From positions 608,001-672,000 of the forward strand of contig CBDAOY010000007.1 in NCBI GenBank assembly GCA_965198225.1: a stretch of 64,000 nucleotides of DNA, read 5' to 3'. The notes beneath the pieces are model-generated. The model was not told the origin of the DNA and made no database searches. It worked only from the letters and a program-made list of their open reading frames with translations. The DNA is from Terriglobia bacterium. GTDB lineage: Bacteria; Acidobacteriota; Terriglobia; 20CM-2-55-15. Made by a program: the position numbers and the translations under genes. Positions 40,549-51,733 of this stretch are shown here, in pieces; within the stretch, counting starts at the first letter, position 1; each line of letters begins with the position of its first letter.

Positions 40549-40762
40549 CGTAGGCCGTTATCCGTAGGCCGTTGCGGTTTCTGCTTGACGGGACGGTTCG
40601 CTAAAGGGCGAGGGGCTTAGGGGGACCCGGCACCTCCGGCGTTCGATCACCGTAGAGGTCCCCTCACACGGTTTTTTCGCGGACCCTTTCGGGCAAGCGT
40701 ACCGTACCGCCCAACGGCCTAGGGATAACGGCCTACGTCCCTGACAACGGCCTACGTCCCTA
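40549..40762. repeat. Family C palindromic element with reiterated CGTAGGCCGTT termini
   Basis: Left CGTAGGCCGTTATCCGTAGGCCGTTG; right CAACGGCCTAGGGATAACGGCCTACGTCCCTGACAACGGCCTACGTCCCTA; same termini as the 33.4-kb array. Confidence 0.85.
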
Positions 40763-42061
40763 CGGCGTGAGCCGATACAGCATCCGCGGGAAGGGAATCG
40801 TCTCCCGCACGTGATCCAGGTGGCAGATCCATGCCACGGCGCGCTCGATCCCCATACCGAAACCCGAATGCGGCACGGAGCCGAACTTCCGAAGGTCCAG
40901 GTACCAGTCGAACACCTCTCTCGACAACCCGTGTTCGTCGAGTCGTGTGAGCAGCAGTTCGTGGCTGGCCGTGCGCTGGCCGCCCCCGATGATTTCGCCA
41001 TAGCCTTCCGGCGCCAGTACATCCAGACAGAGAGCCACTTCAGGGCGTTCCGGATCGGGTTCCATGTAGAAGGCTTTGATCGCGCCCGGATACCGGTGAA
41101 CCATCACGGGCTTGTCGAATTCCTTCGACAGCAGGGTCTCGTCGCCTCCGCCGAAGTCTCCGCCCCACTGGATGTCGGACCCGTTCTTCTGGAGGATTCC
41201 GACCGCGTCGTCGTAGGAAATGCGGGGAAACGGGGGCTCGATCTTTTCCAGGGCTTCGACATCTCTTTCCAGTGCTTCGAGCTCTGCGGACCGCCTTTCC
41301 AGCACGCGCTTTACGATGAAACTGATGAAGCGTTCCGACAGCACCATGATGTCTTCGACGGTCGCATAAGCAACCTCCGGTTCTACCATCCAGAATTCTG
41401 TAAGGTGTCGTCGGGTCTTTGATTTCTCAGCTCTGAACGTTGGCCCGAAGCAGTAAACCTTTCCCAGGGCCGCTGCGGTCGCTTCGTTGTACAGCTGCCC
41501 CGACTGGGCCAGGAAGGCGTTCTCGTCGAAGTAACCCACCTCGAACAAAGTTGTCGTTCCCTCGCAAGCGGCGGGAGTCAAGATCGGTGTGTCGCAAAGT
41601 GTGAACCCGTCGTCGTCCAGAAAGTCGCGCACCGCCTTGATGATTTCGTGGCGGATCTTCAGAATTGCGCGCTGCCGTGTCGACCGGACCCAGAGGTGCC
41701 GATGATCCATCAGGAACTCGATCCCGTGGTCCTTGGGAGTGATCGGGAACTCCTCGTCTTTGGAGACGACCTGGAGCGGTTCGACCGAAGTCACGTCCAT
41801 CTCGTAGCCGCCCGGCGCCCGCTCATCCGCGCGAACCGTGCCTGTGACGCTGAGTGAGGATTCATGCGTGAGGTCCGTGGCCGCCTGGAATGTCTCTTCC
41901 GACACCGCCTTCTTGAACACAACGGCCTGCAGGTAGCCCGTTCCATCCCGAACGATCAGGAACCGGAGCTTTCCGCTGGACCTCTTGTTGTGAAGCCAGC
42001 CTCGAATCGTGACTTCCTCGCCGACGTGGGCGCCGATGTCATGAATGTAAATCGTCGTCAT
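40760..42061 (-). CDS. asnS: Asparagine--tRNA ligase
   Basis: OB fold (RSSGKLRFL), [24 protein letters not shown] and GFGMGIER; ATG at 42061. Confidence 0.96.
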   Translation of the reverse strand: MTTIYIHDIGAHVGEEVTIRGWLHNKRSSGKLRFLIVRDGTGYLQAVVFKKAVSEETFQAATDLTHESSLSVTGTVRADERAPGGYEMDVTSVEPLQVVSKDEEFPITPKDHGIEFLMDHRHLWVRSTRQRAILKIRHEIIKAVRDFLDDDGFTLCDTPILTPAACEGTTTLFEVGYFDENAFLAQSGQLYNEATAAALGKVYCFGPTFRAEKSKTRRHLTEFWMVEPEVAYATVEDIMVLSERFISFIVKRVLERRSAELEALERDVEALEKIEPPFPRISYDDAVGILQKNGSDIQWGGDFGGGDETLLSKEFDKPVMVHRYPGAIKAFYMEPDPERPEVALCLDVLAPEGYGEIIGGGQRTASHELLLTRLDEHGLSREVFDWYLDLRKFGSVPHSGFGMGIERAVAWICHLDHVRETIPFPRMLYRLTP

Positions 42062-42896
42062 CGTTCCTCCGGAGACCATACTTTTCCCGAAACTCGTCCA
42101 GCGAAGACCGGGCTTCGGCCAACAGGTCCTCGATCCTGGCGCGGTAATCCCAGCCGCGTTCGACGTGTTCGTCGTGTACCTCGAAGACCATCGGGCCGTG
42201 GAAGTTGGACACGGCAAGCTCCGCTATCAGTCGAGGCCAATCGACTGTTCCTTCGAATGGCCACAGATGGTCGTCCAGTTCTCTGCCGTTGTCGTTGAGG
42301 TGGATTGCCGCGACGCGTTCGAGGCGCGGAACCGATCCCTGCAGGTTGCCGTGGCCGGTATCGTAGCAGATCCGAACGTCGGGCAACCGCGCCACGTCCG
42401 CGAATTCCCGGATTCTTTCGAGCGTGGAGATTTCGTTCGGTATGTTCTCGATCAGGATCTCCACATCGGCAAACGTCCGGATGGTCTCCACCAGGACGTA
42501 GGCATGGTCGAACGCGACGTGCCCGAACTGTTCGTGCGGTGTCCCGAGGTGGATGACGACATAGGACAGGGGCATCCAGTCCGACAGCTCGAGAGCTCGC
42601 TTCAGTTCGTCGAGTGCTTCCAGCCGGTGTCGCTCACCTGGGGCAAGCGCCGAGATCCATCGGACTCGACCCGGCCCTTCCTGTTCATAGAACGGCATGT
42701 GCAGCGAAGGGGGCGGCATGCCGTTTGCTTTGAACCACCCGGCGATGTCCTTTGCGTTCCCGCGGTCGTGATAGTCCAGGTGAGGCCGGTTGGCGAACAG
42801 CTCGATATGACGATAGCCTGCCGAGCGCAGTTGTTCGAGCTGTTTCACGCGCAGTTTGCGGTTCTTGAACGCCAGTGTGGATACTCCGAACACCAT
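42039..42896 (-). CDS. Sugar phosphate isomerase/epimerase (xylose isomerase-like TIM barrel)
   Basis: IENIP, DTGH, HLNDN, DDHLWP and FEV metal-binding motifs. Confidence 0.88.
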   Translation of the reverse strand: MVFGVSTLAFKNRKLRVKQLEQLRSAGYRHIELFANRPHLDYHDRGNAKDIAGWFKANGMPPPSLHMPFYEQEGPGRVRWISALAPGERHRLEALDELKRALELSDWMPLSYVVIHLGTPHEQFGHVAFDHAYVLVETIRTFADVEILIENIPNEISTLERIREFADVARLPDVRICYDTGHGNLQGSVPRLERVAAIHLNDNGRELDDHLWPFEGTVDWPRLIAELAVSNFHGPMVFEVHDEHVERGWDYRARIEDLLAEARSSLDEFREKYGLRRNDDDDLHS

Positions 42897-42977
42897 CAGA
42901 GAGAGCCCTCCCGTTCCCGATTTTTCGACCCGGGAGTGGGAACCGTGAGTTCGGGTCTCATGCTATGATTTTTCCTT

Positions 42978-44483
42978 ATGTTCCGCAAAACACTCAGCTC
43001 AGTCGTTCTGGTCCTGGTTTTGGGTGGGATCAACACCCTGCCGGCTCAGACCAACACCGCGATAATCGACAGGGACATCCGTGTTTTTACGACAGTTGCG
43101 GCGTTGAACGCTGCCGGTTTCGACGTCGAATTGGCGCCACAGTATCACCCGGTGCGGGAACAGGTCCGAGTACATCTCGAGTCGCTCGAGACCGACCTTC
43201 GAACTCGGCTCGGAGAGTTCTACCGCGAGCAGAGGGGCGAGGAATCGGACGCGGCACAACTCCCCAAGTATGTGTCGCTCGCGCTCAGCTTGACGGATCC
43301 TCCCACGATGGAGTTCGCATTTGACGAGGACTTCGTCCCTCCGGACGCTCGGGAACTCGCCGACTTCTTGCCGCTGCTGCGGGAGTTCTACCTTAAAGCA
43401 GGCGTGCCCCAGTTGTGGTCGAGGGTACGGTTCCAGTATGAAGAGTCCCTGGATGCAATGGGTCCCGCCCTACGCGAGATGATCCTCCGGACAGACGCTT
43501 TCTTGCGGGTTCCCCTAGGAGGTGTCCGCGGCCGGCAGCTTGTCACGTTTCTGGAACTTGCGGCGCCCGTCAACAGCGTCAACGTCCGGAACTATCAAGA
43601 CAATCTCTACATCGTACTCGGCCCCTCTACTGACATCCCCGTCGAGGATGTGCGTCACGCGTACTTGCATCTTCTACTGGATCCCTTGGTTACGCAGAAC
43701 CGCGAGAACCTGCGGGAGGCCGGCAGGCTCGCCTCCCTCATCGAGGGAGTCGAGGGTATCCGGCCCCTGTTCACCGATGATTTCGCCATCCTCGCGACCG
43801 AATCGCTGATCCGCGCGGCTGAAGTGCGGATGGATCGGCTCGTCGGCGTCCGTGCGGCCGAGCAAATGGATGCGGCATACCGCGCCGGGATGCTGCTAGC
43901 GCCTTTTTTTAATGACGAATTCGAAAAGTTCGTGGCCGCTGAAGCCGGAATTCGCGAGTACTTTCAGGAGATGATCGAAGCCATCGACGTCGAGAGCGAA
44001 GAGGCTCGTTTCGAGGAACGCTTTTATCAGATCGAGCCTCCGCCCCAGATCGAGGTCAGGGCAGAAGTCCCGCCGGCTCCACTCGCGCCGGATCCGGTAC
44101 GCGAGATCCTCCGAGAGGCCCAGGTCGCCTTCAATTCCGACGAGGATGACGCGGCGGAGGAGGCCTTCCAGCGAATTCTGAGGGAGTTCGACCAGACCAA
44201 CGGTCCGGCCTTGTATGGAATGGCGTTGATCGCCAGTCGAGAAGGGGATCCGGAACTGGCCGAGGGTTACTTCGTGCGTACGATCGAGAGCGAAAATGCC
44301 GAAGCCGCCATGATCGTTTGGTCCCACATCTTTCTCGGACGAATCTACGACATCGAATGCGAACGGGAGAGCGCACTGGATCAATACGAATTGGCGATCC
44401 GTTTCGGAGACGACACGCGGGGCGCCCAGGCGGCAGCCCGCGCCGGTCAAGAGGCCCCGTTCGGAGGAGGATGCCGGAACTGA
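42978..44483 (+). CDS. Secreted protein with C-terminal TPRs
   Basis: Signal peptide, HAYLH motif, C-terminal TPR (WSHIFLGRIYD). Confidence 0.75.
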   Translation: MFRKTLSSVVLVLVLGGINTLPAQTNTAIIDRDIRVFTTVAALNAAGFDVELAPQYHPVREQVRVHLESLETDLRTRLGEFYREQRGEESDAAQLPKYVSLALSLTDPPTMEFAFDEDFVPPDARELADFLPLLREFYLKAGVPQLWSRVRFQYEESLDAMGPALREMILRTDAFLRVPLGGVRGRQLVTFLELAAPVNSVNVRNYQDNLYIVLGPSTDIPVEDVRHAYLHLLLDPLVTQNRENLREAGRLASLIEGVEGIRPLFTDDFAILATESLIRAAEVRMDRLVGVRAAEQMDAAYRAGMLLAPFFNDEFEKFVAAEAGIREYFQEMIEAIDVESEEARFEERFYQIEPPPQIEVRAEVPPAPLAPDPVREILREAQVAFNSDEDDAAEEAFQRILREFDQTNGPALYGMALIASREGDPELAEGYFVRTIESENAEAAMIVWSHIFLGRIYDIECERESALDQYELAIRFGDDTRGAQAAARAGQEAPFGGGCRN

Positions 44484-44514
44484 ACGTTGGGGATCGCGAC
44501 CGGTCAAGGAAGGC

Positions 44515-44542
44515 TTGACACTCCGAGGCGTGCAGTCATAAT
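44515..44542 (+). promoter_or_regulatory. Sigma70-like promoter
   Basis: TTGACA-16 nt-CATAAT upstream of the gene at 44586. Confidence 0.6.
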
Positions 44543-44585
44543 CTGAGGTTTTGCTATTTCACTAGAATTCAAGGAGATATCTGGA

Positions 44586-45827
44586 ATGATCATCAACAAA
44601 CGAGCGGCGTTCGGGATGGCGCTGCTGACGGTGTTCTTGTGCCAGACTAGCCTGGAGGCGGCCGAGCAGCGCGGCCGGGGTCGGGGGGGCAGAGGACGTG
44701 GCGGTCAGCAACAGCAACAGGCTCGGAACCCGTTCTTCCCCACTGTCGGCTCTCAGCAGGAACTCGAGGACTATCGCGCAATCGATGCCGAGCAGAGCCC
44801 GATCACCAAACTGACGCTGTCGGAAACCTTCCTGACGACCTACCCGGAGAGCGAACTCAAGCATCTGATCCATCGATCCCGTCTTCAAACGTTCGCCCAG
44901 ATCAACAACGATCAGTCCGTGATTGCCGCCGCCGCCGACGCACTAGCGGCGCACACTGCGTTCTACGACATGAAGATGGAGGAGTCGGCTGAATCCGACG
45001 TCCGGGAGACCCCGGACTATCAGCAGTTCCTGATGGACTTTGCCAATGCGAAGGCCTACTATCTGCGGGAGCAGATGGACGGCTATGACAGGCTGGGTCA
45101 GTTCCAGCAGGTGGTCGACACGGGAGATCCGGCGCTTGCGGCTGAGAAGGAGGCTTTCGAGTTGTACGGATCGACCGCCGACGAGAGTCTTCCGGAGTAC
45201 CAGCAGGCCGTCCAACAGCACCAGCAACTCGTGATGATGAACTACCAGAAGATGGTCGGCGCGCACCAGATTCTGGGCAACGTGGACAGTATCGTCGAGT
45301 ACTCCGAGAGCGCGCTGGAAATCGATCCAAACAGCCTGCCGTTTCTGATGATGCTCTCCGATACCATAGCGTCGCGGCCATCGGACGATGAGAGCGAGCG
45401 GGAAGAGCAGATGGAAGTCGCCCAAGACTATGCCGAGAAGGCACTCGAAATGGTAGAAATGTTGTTGTCGGGACCGGCCTCGATGCAGATGTCAGCGGAG
45501 CAGAAATCCGGATTGACGACAGCCGTGCGGGCTACCTTGGGAAGGATCTATTTCAACAACGAAGAATGGGACGACGCGCGTGAGGAGTACCAACAAGCCG
45601 TCGAGGCGTCCCCCAGGGACTCGGCGTCTCATTTCTTCCTCGGGCTTTGCTACGCGCGGGAAAACAAGGCCGACGAGGCCCTGGACGCGCTGGCGAAAGC
45701 GGTCTTCCTGAAGGGACCTGAGGAGGCTCAGGCCCGCCAGACCCTCCAGAACATCTGGGAAACGCTGAACAGAGAGGACGATATGGAGGCGTTCATCCAG
45801 GAAAAGGGACAGTCGGTCGGCGGTTAA
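44586..45827 (+). CDS. Secreted TPR protein with N-terminal RG/Q-rich linker
   Basis: AAGGAG RBS, signal peptide, TPR motifs (LGRIYF, HFFLGLCY). Confidence 0.8.
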   Translation: MIINKRAAFGMALLTVFLCQTSLEAAEQRGRGRGGRGRGGQQQQQARNPFFPTVGSQQELEDYRAIDAEQSPITKLTLSETFLTTYPESELKHLIHRSRLQTFAQINNDQSVIAAAADALAAHTAFYDMKMEESAESDVRETPDYQQFLMDFANAKAYYLREQMDGYDRLGQFQQVVDTGDPALAAEKEAFELYGSTADESLPEYQQAVQQHQQLVMMNYQKMVGAHQILGNVDSIVEYSESALEIDPNSLPFLMMLSDTIASRPSDDESEREEQMEVAQDYAEKALEMVEMLLSGPASMQMSAEQKSGLTTAVRATLGRIYFNNEEWDDAREEYQQAVEASPRDSASHFFLGLCYARENKADEALDALAKAVFLKGPEEAQARQTLQNIWETLNREDDMEAFIQEKGQSVGG

Positions 45828-45848
45828 GCTCTAAACCCGTAGCTGCGG

Positions 45849-45891
45849 AAGGCGATCCGACTCACGGGGTCGGGTCGCCTTTTTTGTTTTT
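45849..45891 (+). terminator. Rho-independent terminator
   Basis: AAGGCGATCCGACTC / GGGTCGGGTCGCCTT stem followed by a T run. Confidence 0.85.
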
Positions 45892-45909
45892 CGATCTTGC
45901 TTACCAACA

Positions 45910-46623
45910 ATGAGAACGATCGGTGACCTCGAGTATGCGCTCGACTACAAGTTCCGCTCGGCGGAACTCATTTCCCAGGCCCTGACCCACAGCTCCCACG
46001 CGCACGAGCAGGACCTTGGACGCCTCGAAGACAACGAGCGGTTGGAGTTCCTCGGTGACGCCATCCTGGGGTTCCTGATCAGCGACTTCCTCTACCAGGC
46101 ACGCCCGAGTCTTTCCGAAGGTCAGCTGTCCAAGCTAAAGGGTTTTCTGGTGAGTTCTGCCAACCTCGTCAAGTACGCCGAACAGCTCCACCTGGGCGAT
46201 TATCTTCGCCTCGGCAAAGGAGAGGAGAAGACGGGGGGGCGTCGAAAGCAAGCACTCCTGGTCGATGCATTCGAGGCCGTCGTCGCTGCGATTTACCTGG
46301 ACGGCGGCCCCGAGGCAGTCCGGGACGTCGTGCTCGCGTTTTTCCGCCGCCAGATCGAAGAGGTGTCGGAAACGTCGGAGCGAATCGCCGACTTCAAGTC
46401 CGCACTGCAGGAGGAACTTCAAGGGAGAGGGCGAGGCGCCGCGCAATACGAGGTCGTCGGGGAGGCCGGTCCGGATCATCAAAAGCTGTTCACGGTTGCG
46501 GTCGCCATCGACCACGAACAGGTCGCGGAGGGAAAGGGCTTGACGAAGAAAGCGGCAGAGCAAGCGGCCGCGATGGAGGCTATACACCTCTTGCGGGGAA
46601 CCGACCTCAAGAAGGAGGAGTGA
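45910..46623 (+). CDS. rnc: Ribonuclease III
   Basis: ALTHSS, NERLEFLGDA, DAFEA and a dsRBD. Confidence 0.98.
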   Translation: MRTIGDLEYALDYKFRSAELISQALTHSSHAHEQDLGRLEDNERLEFLGDAILGFLISDFLYQARPSLSEGQLSKLKGFLVSSANLVKYAEQLHLGDYLRLGKGEEKTGGRRKQALLVDAFEAVVAAIYLDGGPEAVRDVVLAFFRRQIEEVSETSERIADFKSALQEELQGRGRGAAQYEVVGEAGPDHQKLFTVAVAIDHEQVAEGKGLTKKAAEQAAAMEAIHLLRGTDLKKEE

Positions 46624-46904
46624 AGCCAGGCGATCCGCCACTGTCGAGCTACACTTGATGTTTCCCTCATGAATGGCGCAAAATCGGGGTTTCACCCGAG
46701 ACAGGGTGTCTGGAGCGACGCTCGATTCCCAGGTTTGAGATTTGCTGTCAGGTTTCGGGGATCAAGCCTGCTGTCAGCGATCTGCATTCAGCTCTCAGCC
46801 GGGAAATCCAACGCCGAGGGAACTCAATCCAGAAGCCGGGTGCTGGGTGCCGATGGCCGATTGCGTCTGCCGAATCTGAAATACTTTGGATAAACTTGAG
46901 AGAG

Positions 46905-47669
46905 ATGTCTGAAGAGCTGCAATACCGGAAATCGACGCCTCGCGAATACTTCGAATCGCTCGTCATAACAGTGATCCTCGCGTTGTTCGGAACCACGTTC
47001 ATCATCCAGGCATTCAAGATCCCGACCCCCTCCATGGAAGACAACCTGCTCGTCGGGGACCACCTGTTGGTGAACAAGTTTGCATTTGGGTCTCCGGGAT
47101 CGCTCCTGGATGGCATCATGCCGTTCAAAGACGTTCAACGGGGCGACATCATCGTCTTCAAGTATCCGCGAGACCTGACGAAGCATTACGTCAAACGCGT
47201 CGTCGGTCTTCCCGGGGATCACATCAGGATCGCCGACAAACAGGTATTCATCAACGGCGAGGCGCTGGATGAGCCCTACAAGATCCACACAAGCCCCCCT
47301 GGTGCGTACGCCGATCCTTTCCGCGACTATTTTCCGCCCCGACCCCATCCCGGCCGTCGGTACAGTGGAGTTGATCAGAACCCTTACTGGTACGAGGATC
47401 ACGTCGTCGAGAACGAGATCGTGGTGCCCGACGGCAGATACTTCGCGATGGGTGACAATCGCGACAACAGCTCCGACAGCCGGTACTGGGGGTTTGTTTC
47501 CAGGCAGGAGATCGTCGGCAAGGCGCTGGTCATCTACTGGTCCTACGAAACCAATTCTGAAGCGTATCGTCGAACAGCGGTAAGGGATCGGTTACAGCAG
47601 GTCGTCGATCTAGGTACGAATTTCTTCACGAAAACGCGCTGGACCCGGACGTTCAAGATAATACGCTGA
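46905..47669 (+). CDS. lepB: Signal peptidase I
   Basis: IPTPSM, YVKRVVG and GDNRDNSSDSR motifs. Confidence 0.97.
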   Translation: MSEELQYRKSTPREYFESLVITVILALFGTTFIIQAFKIPTPSMEDNLLVGDHLLVNKFAFGSPGSLLDGIMPFKDVQRGDIIVFKYPRDLTKHYVKRVVGLPGDHIRIADKQVFINGEALDEPYKIHTSPPGAYADPFRDYFPPRPHPGRRYSGVDQNPYWYEDHVVENEIVVPDGRYFAMGDNRDNSSDSRYWGFVSRQEIVGKALVIYWSYETNSEAYRRTAVRDRLQQVVDLGTNFFTKTRWTRTFKIIR

Positions 47670-47681
47670 TCCCTCCTAATC

Positions 47682-48308
47682 ATGACTTCCAGGCATTCGG
47701 TCCTGCTGGCCAACGGCGTACTTGCCGGGGTCCTTCTTTGGCTCGTTTTCTGGGTCCAGCACGGGAGCGGGCCTGAATCCCGGCAACGGTTCCTCGAAGT
47801 TTCCCCGGAAGCGGCCGAATCGCTCGAGAGTAAGATCGCGTCGATCCGTCGGGCAGAATCCGATCCTGACCGCGACGGGAGCACTGCGACGACGATCCAG
47901 ATTACAGCGATCGAGATGGAGTCGTTCGTAGTCTACGAGATGGAAGATGAGATCCCTGCCAGGGTCGAGTCCATCGACGTCGGAATCGGCGCCGAAACGA
48001 TATCTGCCCTGACCGAGCTGACGTTCTCAGGGGAAGAAAGCGGCAATTTCATGCTCGACTTCCTGATGGGAGGCACTCACAGTCTTTTCGTCGAAGGGCG
48101 CCTCAAGGCGGAGAAGGGACGAGGCAGCTTCGAACTCCGGGGAGTCCGGGTCGACGGGCTTCCGGTCCCTGTCGTTCTCATCGAGGCGCTCGTCGACCGG
48201 TTCGTCACGCCCCGCTACCCCCAGGTCGATCTGGGCGCGCCGTTCGACGTCCCATGGGGCGTCGAACAAGTTGTCCTATCCCCCGGCCTCGCCACCATCA
48301 CCTACTGA
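47682..48308 (+). CDS. Hypothetical membrane-anchored protein
   Basis: N-terminal TM helix; closely follows lepB. Confidence 0.7.
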   Translation: MTSRHSVLLANGVLAGVLLWLVFWVQHGSGPESRQRFLEVSPEAAESLESKIASIRRAESDPDRDGSTATTIQITAIEMESFVVYEMEDEIPARVESIDVGIGAETISALTELTFSGEESGNFMLDFLMGGTHSLFVEGRLKAEKGRGSFELRGVRVDGLPVPVVLIEALVDRFVTPRYPQVDLGAPFDVPWGVEQVVLSPGLATITY

Positions 48309-48350
48309 TCCGCCAATCCTGTAGGTCACCGCTTGGAGAGTTTCTTTTGT

Positions 48351-48428
48351 TAACCACTGAGGCGCGGAGGCTCGAAGGGGAAAAGAAAGACAGAAATAAC
48401 TCTCCGCGTCTCGGTGCCTCCGTGGTTA
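48351..48428. repeat. Palindromic intergenic element
   Basis: TAACCACTGAGGCGCGGAG ... CTCGGTGCCTCCGTGGTTA imperfect inverted repeat between convergent genes. Confidence 0.7.
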
Positions 48429-48479
48429 GACTCCGGCTGTTTCCGTACGCGGTGGCTGTAAATTTGGCGGGGTGAGGGA

Positions 48480-49379
48480 TCAGGCGGAGGCTTCGGCGGC
48501 GCAAGGGGCGGCAACTTTTGCGGCGCGAAAGATATAGCTGAGCTTGGAGTGTTCTTCGTCCAGGACGTCGAGCCGAGAGCTCTGAAGCTGGCGCTTGAAG
48601 TCTTCGATGTTGAAGCAGGCGTATCTGACGATGCGATCCGCCACGCGCAGCCAGAGCGGTGGCGTGTTCGGGCATGCGACGGTCTGGCAGACAAACTCGC
48701 CCCCGACCTTGAGGACTCTGGAAATCTCAGCCAGCGCCTGGTCGTAGTCGGTGAAGAGCTGTAGCGCGCCGCAACAGATCACTCCGTCGAATGTCTCCGA
48801 TTTGAACGGGAGCGACATAGCGCTACCCCGCATGTAGTAGACGTTGTCGAAGGACTCCTGCCGAGTCAGCTCGACGGCTCGCTCGATCATCTGCCGCGCC
48901 AGGTCGACGCCGACGACTACCCTACCGCCGCCGGAGCGAGCGACGCTGCGCGTGAAGTTTCCGGGACCGCATGCCAGGTCCAGCACCAACCGGTGTTTCG
49001 TCGGCTCCATCAGCTCGGTGATGCGACCAAGATCTTCCTGAAACGACCGGGTGCTCGTCACGAAGTAGCCGAACGGCCGCCATATGTTGTCGTAGACAGC
49101 GATCGCAGGGCGGAACTGAAGCGCGCGCTGGATGGGGGTGATTCGTTCCTCGTAGTCCGGGCAGAGGTCCAGGTATCCGTCGCGGACGGGAAACTCCTTG
49201 CCGCAGTCCAGGCAGACGAGCTGGGCGTTGTCACGGAACACCGACGTGGAGCCATTATTCGATTGCCAGTACGTGTTGCCGGAGAGGCACAGAGAGCAGC
49301 GGAGGGCGTCCAGGACTTCCGGGAGTCCTGGACGGGTTCCCTCGACTGACTGCTGCAATGCGGAGGTCTCTGTGTCCAA
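48480..49379 (-). CDS. Class I SAM-dependent methyltransferase with N-terminal Zn ribbon
   Basis: CSLC...CLDC, VLDLACGPG, LPFKSETFD and RVLKVGG motifs. Confidence 0.9.
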   Translation of the reverse strand: MDTETSALQQSVEGTRPGLPEVLDALRCSLCLSGNTYWQSNNGSTSVFRDNAQLVCLDCGKEFPVRDGYLDLCPDYEERITPIQRALQFRPAIAVYDNIWRPFGYFVTSTRSFQEDLGRITELMEPTKHRLVLDLACGPGNFTRSVARSGGGRVVVGVDLARQMIERAVELTRQESFDNVYYMRGSAMSLPFKSETFDGVICCGALQLFTDYDQALAEISRVLKVGGEFVCQTVACPNTPPLWLRVADRIVRYACFNIEDFKRQLQSSRLDVLDEEHSKLSYIFRAAKVAAPCAAEASA

Positions 49380-49428
49380 TGTCCCAACCCCGTATGTCTA
49401 ATAGTTTGCGCTGCTTAGCAAAGGTGGA

Positions 49429-49457
49429 AGATTAGGCGATGACGCCAGCCGTGTCAA
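49429..49457 (-). promoter_or_regulatory. Sigma70-like promoter for the methyltransferase
   Basis: Minus-strand TTGACA-17 nt-TAATCT. Confidence 0.55.
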
Positions 49458-49497
49458 GGCGGCGCATGCTAACTGTAGGATGTTGACTGTGCCTTAG

Positions 49498-49596
49498 GGT
49501 CCGAAAAAGAGCCAATGTGAGGGGGACAGGGGCCTGGCCCTGTCCCCGGGTGTGTGCTTACGCTGCAAAGTCCGGGAATGACACACCGAAAAACCG
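49498..49596. repeat. Family B repeat copy (reverse orientation)
   Basis: GCCAATGTGAGGGGGACAGGGGCCTGGCCCTGTCCCCGGGTGT; aligns to 2500-2610. Confidence 0.85.
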
Positions 49597-49652
49597 ACCG
49601 TCATGAACCCCCGCTACAACATTGCCTCGATGCGCTAAGATAAAAAGTTTCC

Positions 49653-51650
49653 ATGAGCTTCGAACTCGCTTCGACATACTTGCCCCGCGGAGACCAGGCA
49701 GCGGCCATCGATCAACTCGTCCGCGGTCTCGACGACGGAGACAGGGACCAGGTCCTGCTCGGAGTGACCGGTTCGGGAAAGACTTTCACGATGGCCAAGG
49801 TGATCGAGCAAGTAAAGCGCCCCACCCTCGTGCTGGCCCACAACAAGACTCTGGCCGCCCAGCTGTACCACGAGTTTCGAGGATTCTTTCCGACAAACGC
49901 AGTCGAGTACTTCGTCAGCTATTATGATTACTACCAGCCCGAGGCCTACATCGCCTCCACAGACACCTACATCGAGAAGGAATCGACGATCAACGACGAG
50001 ATCGACCGCCTGCGCTTGTCGGCAACCCGATCGCTGTTCGAGCGAAGCGACGTCGTTATCGTGGCATCCGTCTCGTGCATATATGGTCTCGGCTCGCCGG
50101 AGGCGTACTTCGGAATGCTGTTGATGCTGGAGAAGGGCCAGCACATTGCACGCCGGGACATTCTTTCGAAACTGGTCGAGATTCTTTATGCGCGGAACGA
50201 CGCTGATTTCAGGCGGGGAACCTTTCGCGTCCGGGGGGACACGGTCGAGGTTCATCCGACCTACGAGACAATCGGTTACCGCATCGAGCTCTGGGGGGAT
50301 GAGGTCGAAGCGCTCAGCACCTTCGACCCTCTGACCGGCGACGTTCTCAAGCCGCTGGACCGGTTGACGGTGTACCCGAAAAGTCACTTTGTGATCCCGA
50401 GGCCTCGCGTGGAACGCGCTATCGAAAGCATCCGCGCGGAGTTGAAGGACTGGGAAGCATTGCTGGAGCGTCAGAATAAACTGCTCGAGGCCCAGCGGGT
50501 CCACCAGCGGACGCTTTTCGACATCGAGATGATCAAGGAAGTCGGCTATTGCCATGGCATCGAGAACTATTCGCGACACCTCACGGGTCGCAACCCCGGT
50601 CAGCCGCCACCGACTTTGTTGGACTACCTGCCGCAGGATTCGCTGATGTTCATCGACGAAAGTCATCAGACGGTCCCGCAGCTACGGGGCATGTACCATG
50701 GCGACCGGTCCCGGAAATCGAATCTCGTCGACTTCGGGTTTCGCCTGCCGTCGGCGCTGGACAACAGGCCCCTGACCTTCGGCGAGTTCGAAGGACGTGT
50801 CCACCAGGTCGTTTACGTGTCGGCCACTCCCGGCCCATACGAACTCACCAAATCGAGCGGTGTCGTGGTGGAGCAGGTGATCCGACCGACGGGTCTGACC
50901 GATCCGGTGGTTGCGGTGCGGCCGGTTCAAGGCCAGATTGACGACTTGCTGCACGAGATTCGCGAACGCGTGTCGGCACAGGAGCGTGTGCTCGTGACGA
51001 CTTTGACCAAGAGGATGGCCGAGGATCTCGCGGAGTACTACACGGAAGTCGGCGTCCGCTGTCGGTATCTTCATTCCGAGATCGTCACGCTGGAGCGGAT
51101 CAAGATTCTGCGTGGGTTGCGACGCGGCGATTTCGACGTCCTCATCGGTATCAACTTGTTGCGGGAAGGTCTCGACCTGCCCGAAGTGTCGCTCGTCGCG
51201 ATACTCGATGCCGACAAGGAGGGCTTCCTGCGATCGACGGGGTCATTGATCCAGACGATCGGCAGGGCGGCCCGGCACGTCCGCGGGACGGCGATCCTCT
51301 ACGCCGATGCGATGACCGACTCGATGAAGAGGGCAATCGACGAAACCAACCGGCGGCGGGAAGTCCAGGTCGTTTACAACGAGGAGAACGGCATCACGCC
51401 AGAGACGATCGTCAAACCCGTCGACATGACCCTCGTCGCGGTCTCCGAAGCAGACTACGTTCCTCCACCGCGGATCGATCTGATCGAAGACGAGGACGAC
51501 GATCCCGCGAGAATCGGAGAGCTGATCGAACGTCTCGAAAAGGAGATGCGCGAGGCTGCGAAGCGCTTCGAGTTCGAGCGGGCGGCCGAACTCCGCGATC
51601 GAGCTAAGGCATTGAAGTCGAAGCAGCTGGAGTTGGCCGAACCGTCCTGA
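49653..51650 (+). CDS. uvrB: Excinuclease ABC subunit B
   Basis: [27 protein letters not shown] and a C-terminal UVR domain. Confidence 0.99.
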   Translation: MSFELASTYLPRGDQAAAIDQLVRGLDDGDRDQVLLGVTGSGKTFTMAKVIEQVKRPTLVLAHNKTLAAQLYHEFRGFFPTNAVEYFVSYYDYYQPEAYIASTDTYIEKESTINDEIDRLRLSATRSLFERSDVVIVASVSCIYGLGSPEAYFGMLLMLEKGQHIARRDILSKLVEILYARNDADFRRGTFRVRGDTVEVHPTYETIGYRIELWGDEVEALSTFDPLTGDVLKPLDRLTVYPKSHFVIPRPRVERAIESIRAELKDWEALLERQNKLLEAQRVHQRTLFDIEMIKEVGYCHGIENYSRHLTGRNPGQPPPTLLDYLPQDSLMFIDESHQTVPQLRGMYHGDRSRKSNLVDFGFRLPSALDNRPLTFGEFEGRVHQVVYVSATPGPYELTKSSGVVVEQVIRPTGLTDPVVAVRPVQGQIDDLLHEIRERVSAQERVLVTTLTKRMAEDLAEYYTEVGVRCRYLHSEIVTLERIKILRGLRRGDFDVLIGINLLREGLDLPEVSLVAILDADKEGFLRSTGSLIQTIGRAARHVRGTAILYADAMTDSMKRAIDETNRRREVQVVYNEENGITPETIVKPVDMTLVAVSEADYVPPPRIDLIEDEDDDPARIGELIERLEKEMREAAKRFEFERAAELRDRAKALKSKQLELAEPS

Positions 51651-51733
51651 CCGGACGCTCGTCAACTCATGCACGATTGGTTTCTTGGTTCGGCTGGCCA
51701 AAGTGTTAGAATTTTAGCCACAAGGAGAGACCA

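Noticed and set aside
46624-46900. Possible ncRNA between rnc and lepB
   Set aside because: Only degenerate heptamer-like repeats (TCAGC / GCCGA) are present, with no recognisable RNA family.
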